Shown: piece by piece, positions 25,020-38,188 of the stretch
Position numbering within the stretch: position 1 is the stretch's first letter
Layout of the letters: every line of letters starts with the position of its first letter
Source of the DNA: Paecilomyces variotii
Taxonomy: Eukaryota
Length of the DNA stretch: 64,000 nt
Strand: one strand, 5' to 3'
Assembly (NCBI GenBank): GCA_004022145.1
Contig: RCNU01000002.1
Program-made: the position numbers and the translations under genes
Notes under the pieces: model-generated
Told to the model about the DNA's origin: nothing
What the model saw: only the letters and a program-made list of their open reading frames with translations
Database searches by the model: none

Positions 25020-27033
25020 ATGGCCAGTGAGAAAATAGGGCAGTTTCTATGCCCGCCAAAGTATGCTCTGCGCTCAATCCCGAATCGCATCGAGTGATCT
25101 CTGAAATGGTAGATATGCTAACACAATCTCATGACTTAGTGACCAAGAATACCCGCCTCTTCACCGTGACGTATCCTACTATAATCCTCTTCACACCTTC
25201 AGACTGCCCAGAGGCTCGGATCGACACTATCAACAACAATATGGTGACATGTACTTTTTGCGCCTTGCAAGGCTGAAGCCGGCCGTCGAGCAGGTCGCAA
25301 CAGAGGCCTGGGAGGGCTTTACGGTAAGACCTTCTCATTAGTCTGATGTTTCGAATATACGGGAAAGTTGTGTTGGAGAATTGGCGCTGTACTCTCTTAT
25401 GGCATTGGAAAAAGAACAGTGACGGAAATGCATACTAATTGATCTTCTACAATGGTTTAGATTGCTGGGGAGAATGCACGTCGAGTGGAACGGGTACTCG
25501 ATGTACGGCAAGGAGAGCTATGCTGGGTTGCAGGAACAGTCTACATGGATTTGCCGCTGAAGCCTAACATTCTGGATGATATTGCAAAAGACGTATGTCC
25601 GCTCATTATGCCAACCAAATTTGCGCAGACCGGCGTCCGCAAGATCTGACGATTATTGAACAGAATTACACATCCGCGCCACCTCCTCGCCAGACATACA
25701 TCGACCCTACAAACCCATCCTTGACTCAGGTTATGCTAGAAGATGAATCGGGACGTCTTCGCTTAGCTGGCCCGCTGCTTCGATCAACACATCTAGTCAC
25801 AGGCGTTGTCATTGCCGCCCTAGGTACGGAGAATTCTAACGGCGATTTCGAAGTTATCGACATCAAAGTTCCTGATCTTCCCCGTCAGCCGAAGAGATGG
25901 GAAAGAGACGACAATGCTTCTCCGGATAGTAAGCGCAAGCGAGGTCAGGAAAGTGAACACTCCGGTTCAAATAGGGGAAAGAAGATTGCTTTCGTCAGTG
26001 GCCTGAGGATGACTGGAACGTCTAGTGATACTCTTTCTCTGGAACTTTTGACAGATTATCTTCTTGGATATGCTGGTCCTTCCGACGGGGAAACTGCTGG
26101 GTCACAGGCATCATCTTCTAGAATTAGCAGGCTGATAATAGCCGGAAATTCTCTCGGCGATGCAGTGGCTGCCGAAACTGCTGCTGCTGATGCTGGAAAT
26201 GACAGTGTTGTCACAAAGAAAAAGAAGCAGGTTAAGAAGTATGGATATGACGCGTCGGCCTATAATGCGTCGCCTATTACGCAGCTTGACACCTTCCTTT
26301 CCGAGATACTTCCCAGCATCCCCGTCACGCTCATGCCTGGAGAGAATGACCCCGCCAATTATTCTCTTCCGCAGCAAGGAATTCACAGAGCAATGTTCCA
26401 GAGGGCAAAGGCATACTCATCAGATGCTCATCCCGGAGACGAAAATGCTGAACCAGGTTGGTTTGATAGTGTTACGAACCCATGGGAGGGAGATATCGAG
26501 GGATGGCGAGTCTGGGGCTCGAGCGGTCAGAACGTCGACGATGTCCTCCGCTATCTCGATTTCTCCGATGAAGATGAGCGTGGAGATGCGGCTGAAGATG
26601 ACGCAAACGCAAGACTGAAGGTTATGGAGGCGATGCTAAGGTGGCGGTGCGCTGTGCCTACCGCGCCGGATACTATCTGTATGTTTTCTTTTCATGGCAA
26701 TTTTGCTGGAGCGTGGCTAACTCGATATCCCCAGGGAGTTATCCTTTCCAGACAAACGACCCCTTTGTCCTTCAGTCATGCCCACACATCTTCTTTGCCG
26801 GTAACCAGCCAAGATTCAAGACTATGGTCGTCGAGGGCGATTCTTCGTTCCGCTTGAACGGAGCAGACGCAGAAATGACCGATACCATGGAAGATGATGT
26901 CGGTCCGAAGATCCGTGTTATGACGATTCCCAAGTTCAGCGAGACGGGCGAACTAATAGTGTTGGATACGGAGACGTTAGAAGTGGAAGTAGTAAGGTTC
27001 GGGGCATTTGCTGGTCAAGCAGAAAGGGAATAA
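25020..27033 (+). CDS. POL31: DNA polymerase delta small (B) subunit, multi-exon
   Basis: YQQQYGDMYFLRL, MLEDESGRLRL, LMPGENDPANYSLPQQ, PTAPDT and CPHIFFAGNQ motifs. Confidence 0.95.
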
Positions 27034-27442
27034 GAACCAACTTGGACTCAGGATGACTTATGGAATGATCTTGAAACCCTTTCTACGGAGCTACCCACTT
27101 CCTATCATGTGTACTTATACCAGGATTATGAATCTATATAATCTAACTGACTGAAATATACTATCTGACCGCTTATCTTACCGCCGCCATCCTATCGCTT
27201 CCATACGGCTCCATGGATGCATGTCAACCCCCATCACAGCCCAAAAGACTCGGTATCGTTCAGGATTAGCATTTCCCTCTGGTGAAGCTATAAGGGCTTG
27301 CTTGTGGCAGTCAATACGACCAAGATGTCAATCCTGACACTAATATTATCGCGACGGCAAATAAACTAGAGCATGATTCATTAGACTATTCAAAGCAAGC
27401 GCATGGACAGCAGTTACATCTGATATAATCACGCATCAGATC

Positions 27443-28604
27443 TCATAAGCCAGCTAACCAAGGATGATGCAGAGCCTGCTGCGCTGTAACTCTTCTGCCC
27501 GGAGCCAGACTTGTCAGACCCTTAATGAAATCCTTGAACTCCGCATCGTTAACTTCTGGCCATTCAGAAAATGGTTTGTATGGAATATTTTCGTCGAGCC
27601 TCTCTTCCCACAGCATCTGCAGTACTTCGCAGCTAGTCTCATCATCACCGATGTGTTCTAGGAGTCCATCGATACCTTCCTGATCTCCGAAATATGAAAC
27701 TTGTCGCTGGAGGCGAATCAAAGTAGGAAGTACTCCCTGGGCCTGGTGCTTCTGGAAATCTTCGTCGGGGCCGAAGATGACGCGACCGAGCATAGCATAG
27801 ATACACTAACAAAAATCATCAGCCAGAGAGAGTATGGAAGGAGGCAAGGGACATACTGTGATCCCAAATGAGAATATATCAGTCGGTTTGTTGAGTTTCT
27901 CCTTGAAGTGCGCCTCGGGGCTACGCCAGTTGTCATTGCCGGCTAGCATGCCTCGAATGCACCTCCCTGGAGGAAGATAGGCGGCATTCTCCAGGTCCGT
28001 AATCTGAACTTTTTCAACGATAGTATGCTTGTCATCGTATCGCAGGTCAGCCATTATATTATCTGGCTTAATATCTAAGGATAATCGGCCTCTGAACTTA
28101 GTACAGTACAATCCATACATAAATGGCTTTGGGGGAGGGAGGGGGAACTACCAAGATGGACGATGTCTCGATCATGCAGTTCAGCAATCCCTCGTAGACT
28201 ATCTTTAATAATCTTTTTTCTGGATCTGGCTGGTATTTTCTTCTGGACAAGTTTTAGAAAATCATCCATCAGATACTGATACACGAGTATTCGTTGACCT
28301 GGGATATGGTCGCATGGTAATCTGATGTAGGGACTTTGCGGCAATCGATGGTTTATCTCCTTATTGAAGTTGGAGAAGATAGCTTCAGGTATATCTTTCA
28401 GAACGAATTGATCCCGCCCTGATCTGATCTGATAGTTAGATGGTTTTTGAGATACCTAAACGTTGGTGAAGCGTACGTTGCTGACCAGACACGGCCAAGA
28501 TGTGGTCTTTGTTGAAGCAATTCCTTGAAAGTATAACGGCTCCCAGTAGCTCCGATAAAATCTCCGGGGAGGGATGTAATCTGGCTCATGGCTCTTCGCG
28601 ACAT
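27443..28604 (-). CDS. Atypical fungal Ser/Thr protein kinase (4 exons)
   Basis: The spliced product has VLK, HLDIKPDNI, ITDLEN, GNDNWRSPE, TDIFSFG and RVTAQQALHHPW. The start could be 28604 or 28589. Confidence 0.85.
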
Positions 28605-29045
28605 CGCGGCTGTGTCAGGGTGTACTGTAACTGTCAAACAGAAGGTCGTCTGAAAGAGAATGTGCGATAAAGCACATACATTCAACTGTCTATGAGTATG
28701 AGTAGGCCAATTATTATCTTAGGAGCTACTGCTCTTTAAATAAACGGACCACGAAAGTCGAAACGATCTCTGTTGAAGCTGTTCCTTGTACCTGAGATGG
28801 ACAAAGCGCTCTCTTCCAATAGAGTACATAGGCATGGACGCGATGTTCTGATTGGTAGATCTCGCCAAGACGAGGGACCGGTACTCGCAAGAAACCTTAG
28901 TAGTTTTTAGAGAACTGCCGGGAACTGTCAGACATTACCTTCTTCCTCAATAGATTCATATCAGCCCAAATAACAAGTCCGGCTTTCGAGGGGTCAAGAG
29001 GCGACTGAACTGTTCCTTTTGTGTGGGGTGGAAGAAAAGCCCAGG

Positions 29046-29983
29046 ATGCTCATCAACGCCGACACCGGTAAGCTACAGAAGAAAACCCAGTTTTCTGCGG
29101 AGAACAGCTATATTGAAGCGAATGCTTTGTTGACAGCAATTTCTACTTCTTCGGTACTACTGGTACCATACTCGGAATGCCATGTGCCCAAGTATCATGA
29201 ATGGATGAAGGACCCAGTATGTATTAGCCCCACGTTACATTGATTTCTCCCCTGCGAAATTCCCTTCCTTTGGTACGATGTACCTAAAACAATGAAATAA
29301 AAGCCGAATAGAGTCTTAACTAGCAATTTGTGGCTTTCCAGGAAATCCAAGAAGCCACTGCTTCCGAGCCACTGACTCTAGAGGAAGAATACTCCATGCA
29401 GCAAAGTTGGCGTAACGATGCAGATAAGCTTACTTTCATCGTATGCTCGCCTCTATCGGAATCAAGTAGAAATGAGCATGAGCAAGCGCGCGGGGCATCA
29501 CATCTTACTGAGCAAGATGATGCTCCGGGAAAAATGGTTGGAGATATCAACTTATTCTTACGAGTTGATGATGGCGAGGAAGGGGAGTCGGAACCTCAGA
29601 TCATTGGTGAAATCGAATTGATGATTGCTGAGAAGGAAAACCAGAGGAAAGGATTCGGTCGTGCCAGTCTATTAACTTTCATGAAATATATTGTTGACCA
29701 TGAAGCGGAGATTCTGGAGGAGTTTCTCGCCAGTGAGCCGGACTCGCTGGCGAAGATCAAGAAGCCATGGAAGTTCGTCTGTCTCAGTGTGAAGATCGGG
29801 CAGACAAATGCTCGAAGTCTGGCTCTATTTGAGAGTCTTCTCTTCCAGAAAGTGACAGCGGAACCAAACTACTTTGGGGAGTTTGAACTGAGACGAACGG
29901 CATTGGATCAGGGTAGTATCGATGGCTCGCTTGCGAAATACGGAATCAGCGGGTTTACTGAAGTACGATATAGATCACAATAA
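29046..29983 (+). CDS. GNAT acetyltransferase, NAT9-like (3 exons)
   Basis: LLVPY..CHVPKYHEWMKD, TASEPLTLEEEYSMQQSWRNDADKLTFI, MVGDINLFL and GEIELMIAE..QRKGFG. Confidence 0.93.
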
Positions 29984-30596
29984 TAGAGCAGCTTATCGAA
30001 TGCAACGTGCATGAGGCGTGAACTATTTGTTGTGAGAGGTAGACTTGCAGATTCATTCGTGATCAGCTCCCGGACTGTTGACACAGCGGCTAGGCGTGGT
30101 ATGCGTTTGCTACTCGAATCTCGACTCAGTGGAGCTCTACAGGAAGTTCAACATTACCATGCCCACAGCATAGGCAATAGTTAATCCCTATCGAGATGGG
30201 AAATTGAGAGGCAGATGTTCCAGTAGTACTGAAGAAGTCGAACCCAGTATGAGTGTTTCAGCTGTTTTTCATTGATATATGGGAATCCCTGAACGCCCCG
30301 ACAAAGCAATTCTAGGGCATTATTCATTTAGCAGAATAAGCTTGCAGGTCATCCGCTGTTGAAGGAGTGGAAAATTTCCCTGAAAACCCCACATCGTCCA
30401 ACAGGGCACAAGGACATCCCCTTGCAAGGTCAAACTACACTTGCTCGGGTCCTCCTCGCGTCGGCCCACAAATAGAGATATGCGTCATAGTGCGTTCTTC
30501 CCATTTAATCGTATCGAGGTATCAAACACTTTTTCTTGACGCCATCCTTCAACCCCAACCCAGCCTAAACCGCTGCCATCAATCACCGCGAAATGC

Positions 30597-31163
30597 TTAG
30601 ACAGACTTCTTGGTACCCTTGGAGACGTCGACAATCTTGAGGGCTATTGTATTTCAACTTATATTAGCGAATGACCATTCCGATACCCAAATATAATCCT
30701 GTCGTCCTTGTCCCAATTTCCAATTGTCTGGGTTTTGATCATCGTCCGCTGAAGGCTTCCGAACAAATCACAGTCGTAGAGGAATTGGGACAGACACTGG
30801 ATTTCAAGATATTTTCGGGTGTAACGCACCAGGAGGCAGGCTCTGCTTGAGCTTGTCGGCCTTGTCGGAATCCTTCAGGGACAGGGTGTACAGGAAGCGC
30901 TGGCAGCGGACCTTGAACTTGACCTGACCGGTCTTGCGGTTACGCTTGATCCGGGCGGCTGAAAGTCAAAGAAATTGATAGTTAGTACATATATCCAAGT
31001 ATATTTTCGATCCTCCTTTATTTGCTCTCTCATAGTTCACGGCCGGCCCATTCACCGCCCGTATACAAATCAAACAATCTCAGGGGACCAATGACGTACA
31101 AGAGGCATCCTTCCGTCTGCAGATCTCGATGAACTGCTTGATGTCGGAAACTTCAGAAGGCAT
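30597..31163 (-). CDS. RPL38: 60S ribosomal protein eL38 (exons 31163-31100, 30958-30830, 30643-30597; 79 aa)
   Basis: Manual splicing gives [71 protein letters not shown]. Absent from the ORF track. Confidence 0.97.
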
Positions 31164-31885
31164 GGTGGGCGGATTTTGCACGAAGACAAACGGGTTGACT
31201 TGCTTTCGTGAAGGAGGTCGTGGGAAGAAGTCTCTCTCGGTCTCTCTGAGGCTTTTCGGGATGTGTGGGATCGGATCCGGATTAGGGTTTAGCGAGCGCG
31301 GAAACCCTTAGCGCCTGCGCGCGGCTATCATGCGGGGAGCCCAATCTTCGAGGCGTCTAGGTAGCATCTAGAACATCAATTAAGGTAACTTACTGCTGCT
31401 GTTTGATAGGGTATACATTTGGCAAAGGCAGAAATGTTCCTTGCTTATGTAGAGAGGCTTGATTTCTGATATTATTCCGGGTGCTCTTTTAGCAAGATGA
31501 TCTGATCTTCTCTAAGACAAGATTCGTTAAGCCTTAAACAGATCAATCGATCGATGCAATGGAGAACAAGCAGTATTTATTGGTATATCAAAATTGATTT
31601 ACAGAGAGGAGAGTGGTATGTATGTAGCTAACTTTTCCCTTTACTTAACCTGATAACTGAATCCAGGCCTGGACGGTTCTCAGTAGAGCGCTTTGATTGG
31701 TTACGCGGCTAGAGTGATTCATACGGCGGCGCATGTGGCGGTGTCCGACTAGGCTACCGCGTACGATGCGTAGTTCGTCACAGATTACTAGATGCCACAT
31801 TCCTTCTATCGAAGACCATTGTATATTATTATCCTCAAGTAATTCTATCATTAGATCCTGGGTGCCAGAACCCGCGTCGAGTAAA

Positions 31886-32420
31886 ATGCCCACTCCGCTG
31901 GATAGAGCGTTACATTCCAAGGTTGGACTTGTGCATGACTTCATTCAGAAGCTGGAATTCCCTTGATGGAAAGACAAGCTGACATTGTTTAGAATCTTTT
32001 TATCGGTACATTGCGATATAATAATACATGATATATTAACTGAATTAACATGGCATCCAGGGTTTGCGGGACTCGTAACAGCTGTTGCTGCTTGGGGGAT
32101 ATGGGGTGGCGATATGTTTCCTGCGGAACCAGATCCAACTGGAAGTATGTGACCAAGAAAAGACGAGCTTATATCGAATAGACATGCTGATATCAAAACT
32201 AGACCCCGAAGAGTGGACCGCTGAAGATATGAGGAGATGGCTCAGACGTGTATGTTTTCTTTGCCTCCTTTCAACCTTTAGGACACATTGATGTGAGCGC
32301 GGCCCGAAAAAGTGCGGATCTGACAAGCAATGACAGAGAGGCCTCATGCCAAGTGAGAGCGCCAGTCGCGAAGAATTGCTAGAGCGCGTAAAGGCGAACA
32401 TGCGTCCAGGAAGGTCGTAA
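31886..32420 (+). CDS. Small single-TM protein with an Ish1/LEM-like helical motif (5 exons incl. a 13-nt microexon)
   Basis: Splicing gives MPTPLDRALHSKNLFIGFAGLVTAVAAWGIWGGDMFPAEPDPTGNPEEWTAEDMRRWLRRRGLMPSESASREELLERVKANMRPGRS*. All four introns are GT-AG. Confidence 0.8.
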
Positions 32421-32664
32421 ACTTCCCACTGAGAATGGACATGACTGGAGTGCAGCGGTATTGGTCTTGGAAATAGGTTTCGTCTAATGAGTTCCTTTTG
32501 ATAACCACATATTGTCGGGTGCGGTTGATGCGCCAGGCGACATAGACTTGCGTCCTTTCGTCTTGTTCCTTCTCGACATCGTAGAATCGCCAAACGTTCC
32601 GTGAAGGAATAACCGTCGTGATATTAGGGCTTCGTAAATTTCCTTCAAGGTATCTGATTTCGCC

Positions 32665-33213
32665 TCATACGACTAGTCGAAAGTTCTGGCTCTGTATTGC
32701 CCACTCTCTCTTTCCCTTGCCCTTAGGCCCTTGGTCCGCGGCCGGGTTGGGGGCCAAGATAAACGTTTCGCTGAATCCACGCTGTGGAAGATCTTGAGAC
32801 TCTCCAAATCGTACATAACCACTAACGATGACGAGTAAGGACATATCCTTCACAGCCCTCTGGCTTGCCGGCTTCACTCCTGTCGCTGTCGCCGTGGGGA
32901 AGCTTTTGTTGATGATCTGACAATCGACCGACTGCATCTCATAGTGCGTAGGGGGCATCTGGTTGACGAAGATATCTTGTACTGCAGACCCATCGGACAC
33001 CACATTTCCGTTGAAGAGAATCGTGGACGTGACAGAACTGTAGAAGGTCGCTATTGAAGTGCGATCGGATTTCAGCGCGGTATAGAAGGACTGTATGAAA
33101 CTCGTAGCAGCTGAAAAATAGAGTTAGAAGACGACACTGCCAATAATTTATCAGAATCAGTGCTCACCATCTGTAGAAATTTTAGTGAGCGCGTCCTCAG
33201 TTGGCGCGGCCAT
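32665..33213 (-). CDS. NXT1: NTF2-related export protein (2 exons)
   Basis: AATSFIQSFYTAL, ILFNGNVV, MQSVDCQII and VSGYVRFG...RGFSETFIL...IQSQNFRLVV. Confidence 0.88.
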
Positions 33214-33513
33214 AATCGCGGGGTTCGTTTCGCAATGCGCAAGGGATTGCCCAAGAAAAAAAAAATTTATTCAAGACAGATAATAATAATGGTCTTCTCC
33301 AAAATATGATATTATATTCCCCCAAAATAAAAGCGATATAAGTCTAGGCAACCATGGCCGAGTTCAAAGGAATGATGTTGGTCACGTCAAGCGTACCCGA
33401 ATTGAAAAGATTCGGGAGCTTGGACCACCTCGGAGGTGAGCAGCGTCCTCCGCCGCTGGCCGGACAATGGTGAGCCTGCATGTTCTTCGAGTCTTTCCAG
33501 CGCAACTACCTCA

Positions 33514-35640
33514 ATGGCAACAGTGAGAGGAGGTCTGCGAACGGTTTCTTGGGCCTCACGGCTCTTGGTCCCAAGAAGACCTCTTGCGACGTGCCTCTCT
33601 AGGAGAAATGGCGGCCAATTTTTCGTTGTGCGGCCTCGCTGCTATGCGACGGCCTCATCCGCAGAGAGCTTCAAGAAGCCTTATTATGTGACAACGCCCA
33701 TATTTTATGTCAATGCAGGTAAGGGCTACCTCTACGAATTGAACGTCCATCTACTCACAAATGTATCTTTCTAGCACCGCACGTTGGACATTTCTACACG
33801 ATGGTCATTGGGGATATCTTGAAGAGGTGGCAGGTGCTTCTTGGACACACAGACGCCCAATTGTTAACAGGAACCGATGAACATGGAATGAAGGTGCGCT
33901 CTGTGGATATCCTAGTGTAGCATAATTTTCATTGACAGTCTGGACAGATCCAGCAAGCTGCACTTGCCGCGGGAATGGATACGCAAGCTTTCTGCGATAT
34001 GAACTGCAGGACATTTCAGGTTCGCTTTTCCCTGGAGGTGATATAAAACACCCACAGGATATGCTGACTCTGTGTGGTCATTTCTAGGAACTGGCTAAGG
34101 CAGCCAATCTTAGTCACGATCATTTCATACGAACGACAGATGCAGCACACAAAGAGGCAGTACAATATTTCTGGGTAAGTTATAGTCTCGCCGCTTTGGA
34201 CTTACGACGCTTACCTTGCAACAGGAGATGCTTAGTCACAGAGGCTACATATACACTGACAAACACGAAGGATGGTACTCTGTCAGTGATGAGACGTTCT
34301 ACCCACAATCCCAGGTGCAAATGGCATTGGACCCGAGCACGGGAAGGAAGAGAATGGTAAGTCCTCCGCAGCTACCGGTTCAACCGCTACTAACAGCTGT
34401 CAGGTCTCGGTCGAGACAGGCAAAGAAGTAGAGTGGTCCTCTGAGACGAACTACCACTTCCGTCTCTCCGCTTTCAAAGATCGGCTGCTCAAATTCTACG
34501 AAGAGAACGGATCATGGATAAAACCGAACCCGTATATGGCTGATGTCGTGAAGTCCGTGTCTAGTGGTTTGCAGGACCTCTCTATCTCCAGGCCCGTCGA
34601 GCGGTTAACGTGGGGTATTCGAGTGCCTGGAGACGACACGCAAACAATCTACGTATGGCTGGATGCCCTCATCAATTACCTAACGAAGGCCGGTTACCCA
34701 TTCCCTCCTGGGCATGAAAATAAACACGGATGGCCAGCAGATGTTCACGTGGTGGGGAAGGACATTGTTAGGTGCGCTATTTCATGCCTGACGTTGATCT
34801 TCTTATTTACGATTTGCTAATGATATCTAGATTCCACTGCGTCTACTGGCCGGCTTTCCTTATGGCGCTTGATCTCCCCCTACCGAGAAATGTGCTCACT
34901 CACGGTCATTGGACCATGAACCGGGAAAAGATGTCCAAATCCACGGGAAACGTAGTGAATCCTTTCTTCGCTATTGACCGGTTTGGCGTTGATACTATGC
35001 GTTTCTTTCTTGCGTATCAAGGAGCGCTGGCGGGTGATGCGGACTACGACAACGAGTATATCATCCGCGATTATAAGAAGATGCTGCAGTGGGGAATAGG
35101 CAACTTGATGCACCGCACGATGGGATGTGCGAAGTGGAACTTGCGTCCATTCGTCGCTGCAGCTGCGATTGATGAGCTTCCACCAGCTACTGCTCTCGAT
35201 GAGGAGCACCAGTCAATGCTCGAGCAATCCCCCACTAAGGTTGCGGAACACATGGAAAACTTGAACCCCAGAGCTGCTCTTCGTGAGATAATGACAATCA
35301 TAGAAAAGGTCTGTACGCCAAATCATGCACTGTCTTGGTTGTTTAGCACTAACGCCTTTCGCAACAGACCAACAAATATTTCCACGCGGCAGAGCCGTGG
35401 AGCGCTCCGGCAGAGTCCCAACGAATCATCTACAATGTCAGCGAGTCTCTGCGAATCTCTGGGATTTTATTGCAACCCTTTATGCCCAGTAAATCCCAGG
35501 AGCTGTTAGATATTCTGCGTGTAGACACGTCAGACGTGTCGAAACGGTCCTTTTCGGCCTCAAAGTTCGGGTCAGATCTGGACTACGGAGACAAGGTAAA
35601 ACGGAAGGTCCTTTTCCCTCCATTGGTTATTGAAGAATAA
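33514..35640 (+). CDS. MSM1: Mitochondrial methionyl-tRNA synthetase (8 exons)
   Basis: YVTTPIFYVNAAPHVGH (HIGH-like), GTDEHG, IYVWLDALINY, GKDIVRFH and KMSKS motifs. Arg-rich presequence. Confidence 0.95.
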
Positions 35641-36227
35641 AAGATCATCGCAGCTGGAGAATGAACGCCTAGGCATCTATTGGGCGTCGCAGTTGTGGCG
35701 GTTGCAGTAACAGACAGCAACTCACTCCCAAGGTTGCAGAAGCCCCATGGTCGAGAACATTCTCCAGAGGTATCTTGTTTCATCTCTTCAGAACCACTGC
35801 GGAGACCGACTTTTCACCATTATCAATGACAATGCAGGATGCCGTCTGGTTATCAGCGGAGAAGGCAGGCGGCATCGAGCATTTCCCGGCGGTTGGCTTC
35901 GGGGCGGGAAAGTTGTCGCTCCCCGCGGGAAACACCGCCTGGCGTCATCGGGAAGCATACTTTGTATATCTTAAACATGTTACATGCTGAAGTCGACGCC
36001 ATCAGATCATTATCGCGTTTGTCGTACTTCCCCGCTCTCTTTTTGCATCTCTCCATCTCCGTCCGACTTCGACCGAGTCGTGTGAACCATGTATAACATT
36101 GTCCATTAACTCACTCCCTTCTCGCTTGTCATTATTATACTTCTCTGTTCAGACCCTCATCTGTCTATCTAGTATTTTATACCCATAGTTAGGACCAGGG
36201 AAATCGATTTCAGCCTCTTATACCGTG

Positions 36228-37792
36228 ATGGCAAATCACAGAACTTCACAGTCCAAGAAGCCATGGATAGAGACTCCACTTGTAGAGTCGTCTACACTCT
36301 CACGAGCAGTCGGATGGTAAATATAGATCTCCCCTTAATATTCATCCTTGTCAGCTACTACATCTGTTGATTGTCAACACACTATCATCCTCTCTTTGAT
36401 AAGTCAACATAATACTTACAATCGATGCAGTAGGGTATTCCTCAAGCTGGAGAACCTCCAGCCCAGCGGATCATTCAAGTCTCGGTAAGTGCTACACCCC
36501 TTACTATCGGCTTTGTTACTTTTCAACTCCTGTTCTCTTCGTTGTCTCGTCAGAGAGTTTCCATTGTCATTCTCCCTCCTATTCGGTGACCCGTTGATTA
36601 TCCTCTACTCAAATAAACGTACTAACAGACCTTATCCAGGGCAATGGGATCCCTTATACTCTCACATCTCTCTAATCCAGCCAACTCCAATCGCGATATC
36701 CACTTTTACATTTCCTCTGGTGGAAACGCCGGTCTAGCTGCTGTCTGCGCTGCCCGTTCTCTTTCCTACCCCTGCACAGTCGTCGTCCCACGCTCAACAA
36801 GGGCAATCATTATACGGAAGCTTCGAGATGCGGGCGCCACCGATGTGATTGCACATGGCGAGACAATTGCTAAGGCAGACGAGTATATGCATGAAGTAGT
36901 AATGAAAGAACGACGAGAAGGTGAAAGTGATGACGTGGTCAAGATCGCCTTGCATCCATTCGACCATGAAGCCATCTGGGATGGAAATAGTACAATTGTC
37001 GATGAGTTGGTGGACCAGCTTCCGCCTGATGCCGATAACAATCAGCGAGCTGTCCCCGCCGATGCTATCATCTGCAGTGTTGGTGGTGGCGGTTTATTGA
37101 ATGGCCTAGTGATGGGGATTGAAAGGCAGAAGAAACTACTCGGCCAAGACACGGATTCACACACGAATACAGCAAAAAAAGATATCAATATCCTTGCTGT
37201 GGAGACAGAAGGGACTGCCTCATTGGCCCTTGCCATGTCCAAGAAATCTCTCGTCTCCCTTCCAAGCATCACTTCTCAGGCAAGCTCTCTCGGCGTTGTA
37301 CGCGTTTCTTCCCGCACACTCGAATACAGCCTCTCCCCGCCGCCAGGTATCTCCATACACAGCGTCGTTATTTCCGACGCTGATGCTGCGCGCGGTGTCC
37401 TCCGTCTTGTCGATGATGAACGGCTCCTTGTCGAACTGGCATGTGGTGTATGCGTCGAAGCAGCCATAGGAGACGCACAGAGGCAGAACCGAAAGGAGCG
37501 CAGGGGGCACGGCGGGACCGATGAAGGCTACGGTAGTGATCCAACCAGCAGTGATGAATCAAACCCCGGGTCTAGTACTGTCTCATGTGCGTCAGATGTC
37601 GAAGATACAGACTCGGAAGCAGATTCTGCGTCTCAGAGAGTTTCCAAGCTCAGACAAGTTGTTCCAGGTCTCAGTCCCCAGAGCAGGGTTGTTATTGTCG
37701 TCTGTGGTGGAAGCAATATCACGCTTGATATGGCCACGGAGTGGAGGGAGAAGCTAAACAATGGATGGGGAAGTAAGAAAGGGTGCGAATAG
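36228..37792 (+). CDS. PLP-dependent L-serine/threonine dehydratase, Cha1-like (3 exons)
   Basis: TPLVES, LKLENLQPSGSFKSR (PLP lysine), SSGGNAG, HPFD, SVGGGGL, VELACG and VCGGS. Confidence 0.93.
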
Positions 37793-38188
37793 AAGCTCTT
37801 TTACGAAACACTGCGACAAATTGCGTCTCAGATCCTCATGATCTGTTGATATGTGATGAGATTCCTTTTTTGCTGGGTTTGTTCAGGTGGCCAGCGCGCC
37901 TATTCAGGCTTTAGCCTGCCACTGGAGTTTTTGGCTTTGTCTGTTTCCCTCTGGATGATACATTTGCTTGGCCCTGAAAAGCTTCAAACATGCTGACAAG
38001 GAGCCACCATAATACTAATTACTTCAGACGAGCACACCTCGTCCTTATTGGCATAACTACGTTCCTGGAACGAATTTAAGGAAAAGAGTAAATTCGAAGG
38101 ACTTGTTATCCAGACAGCACTATCATGAGACTCCAGTAGGAATAATACAGATCAAATGCTCAGTAGCCAAGAAAACTCTGGAATAAGA

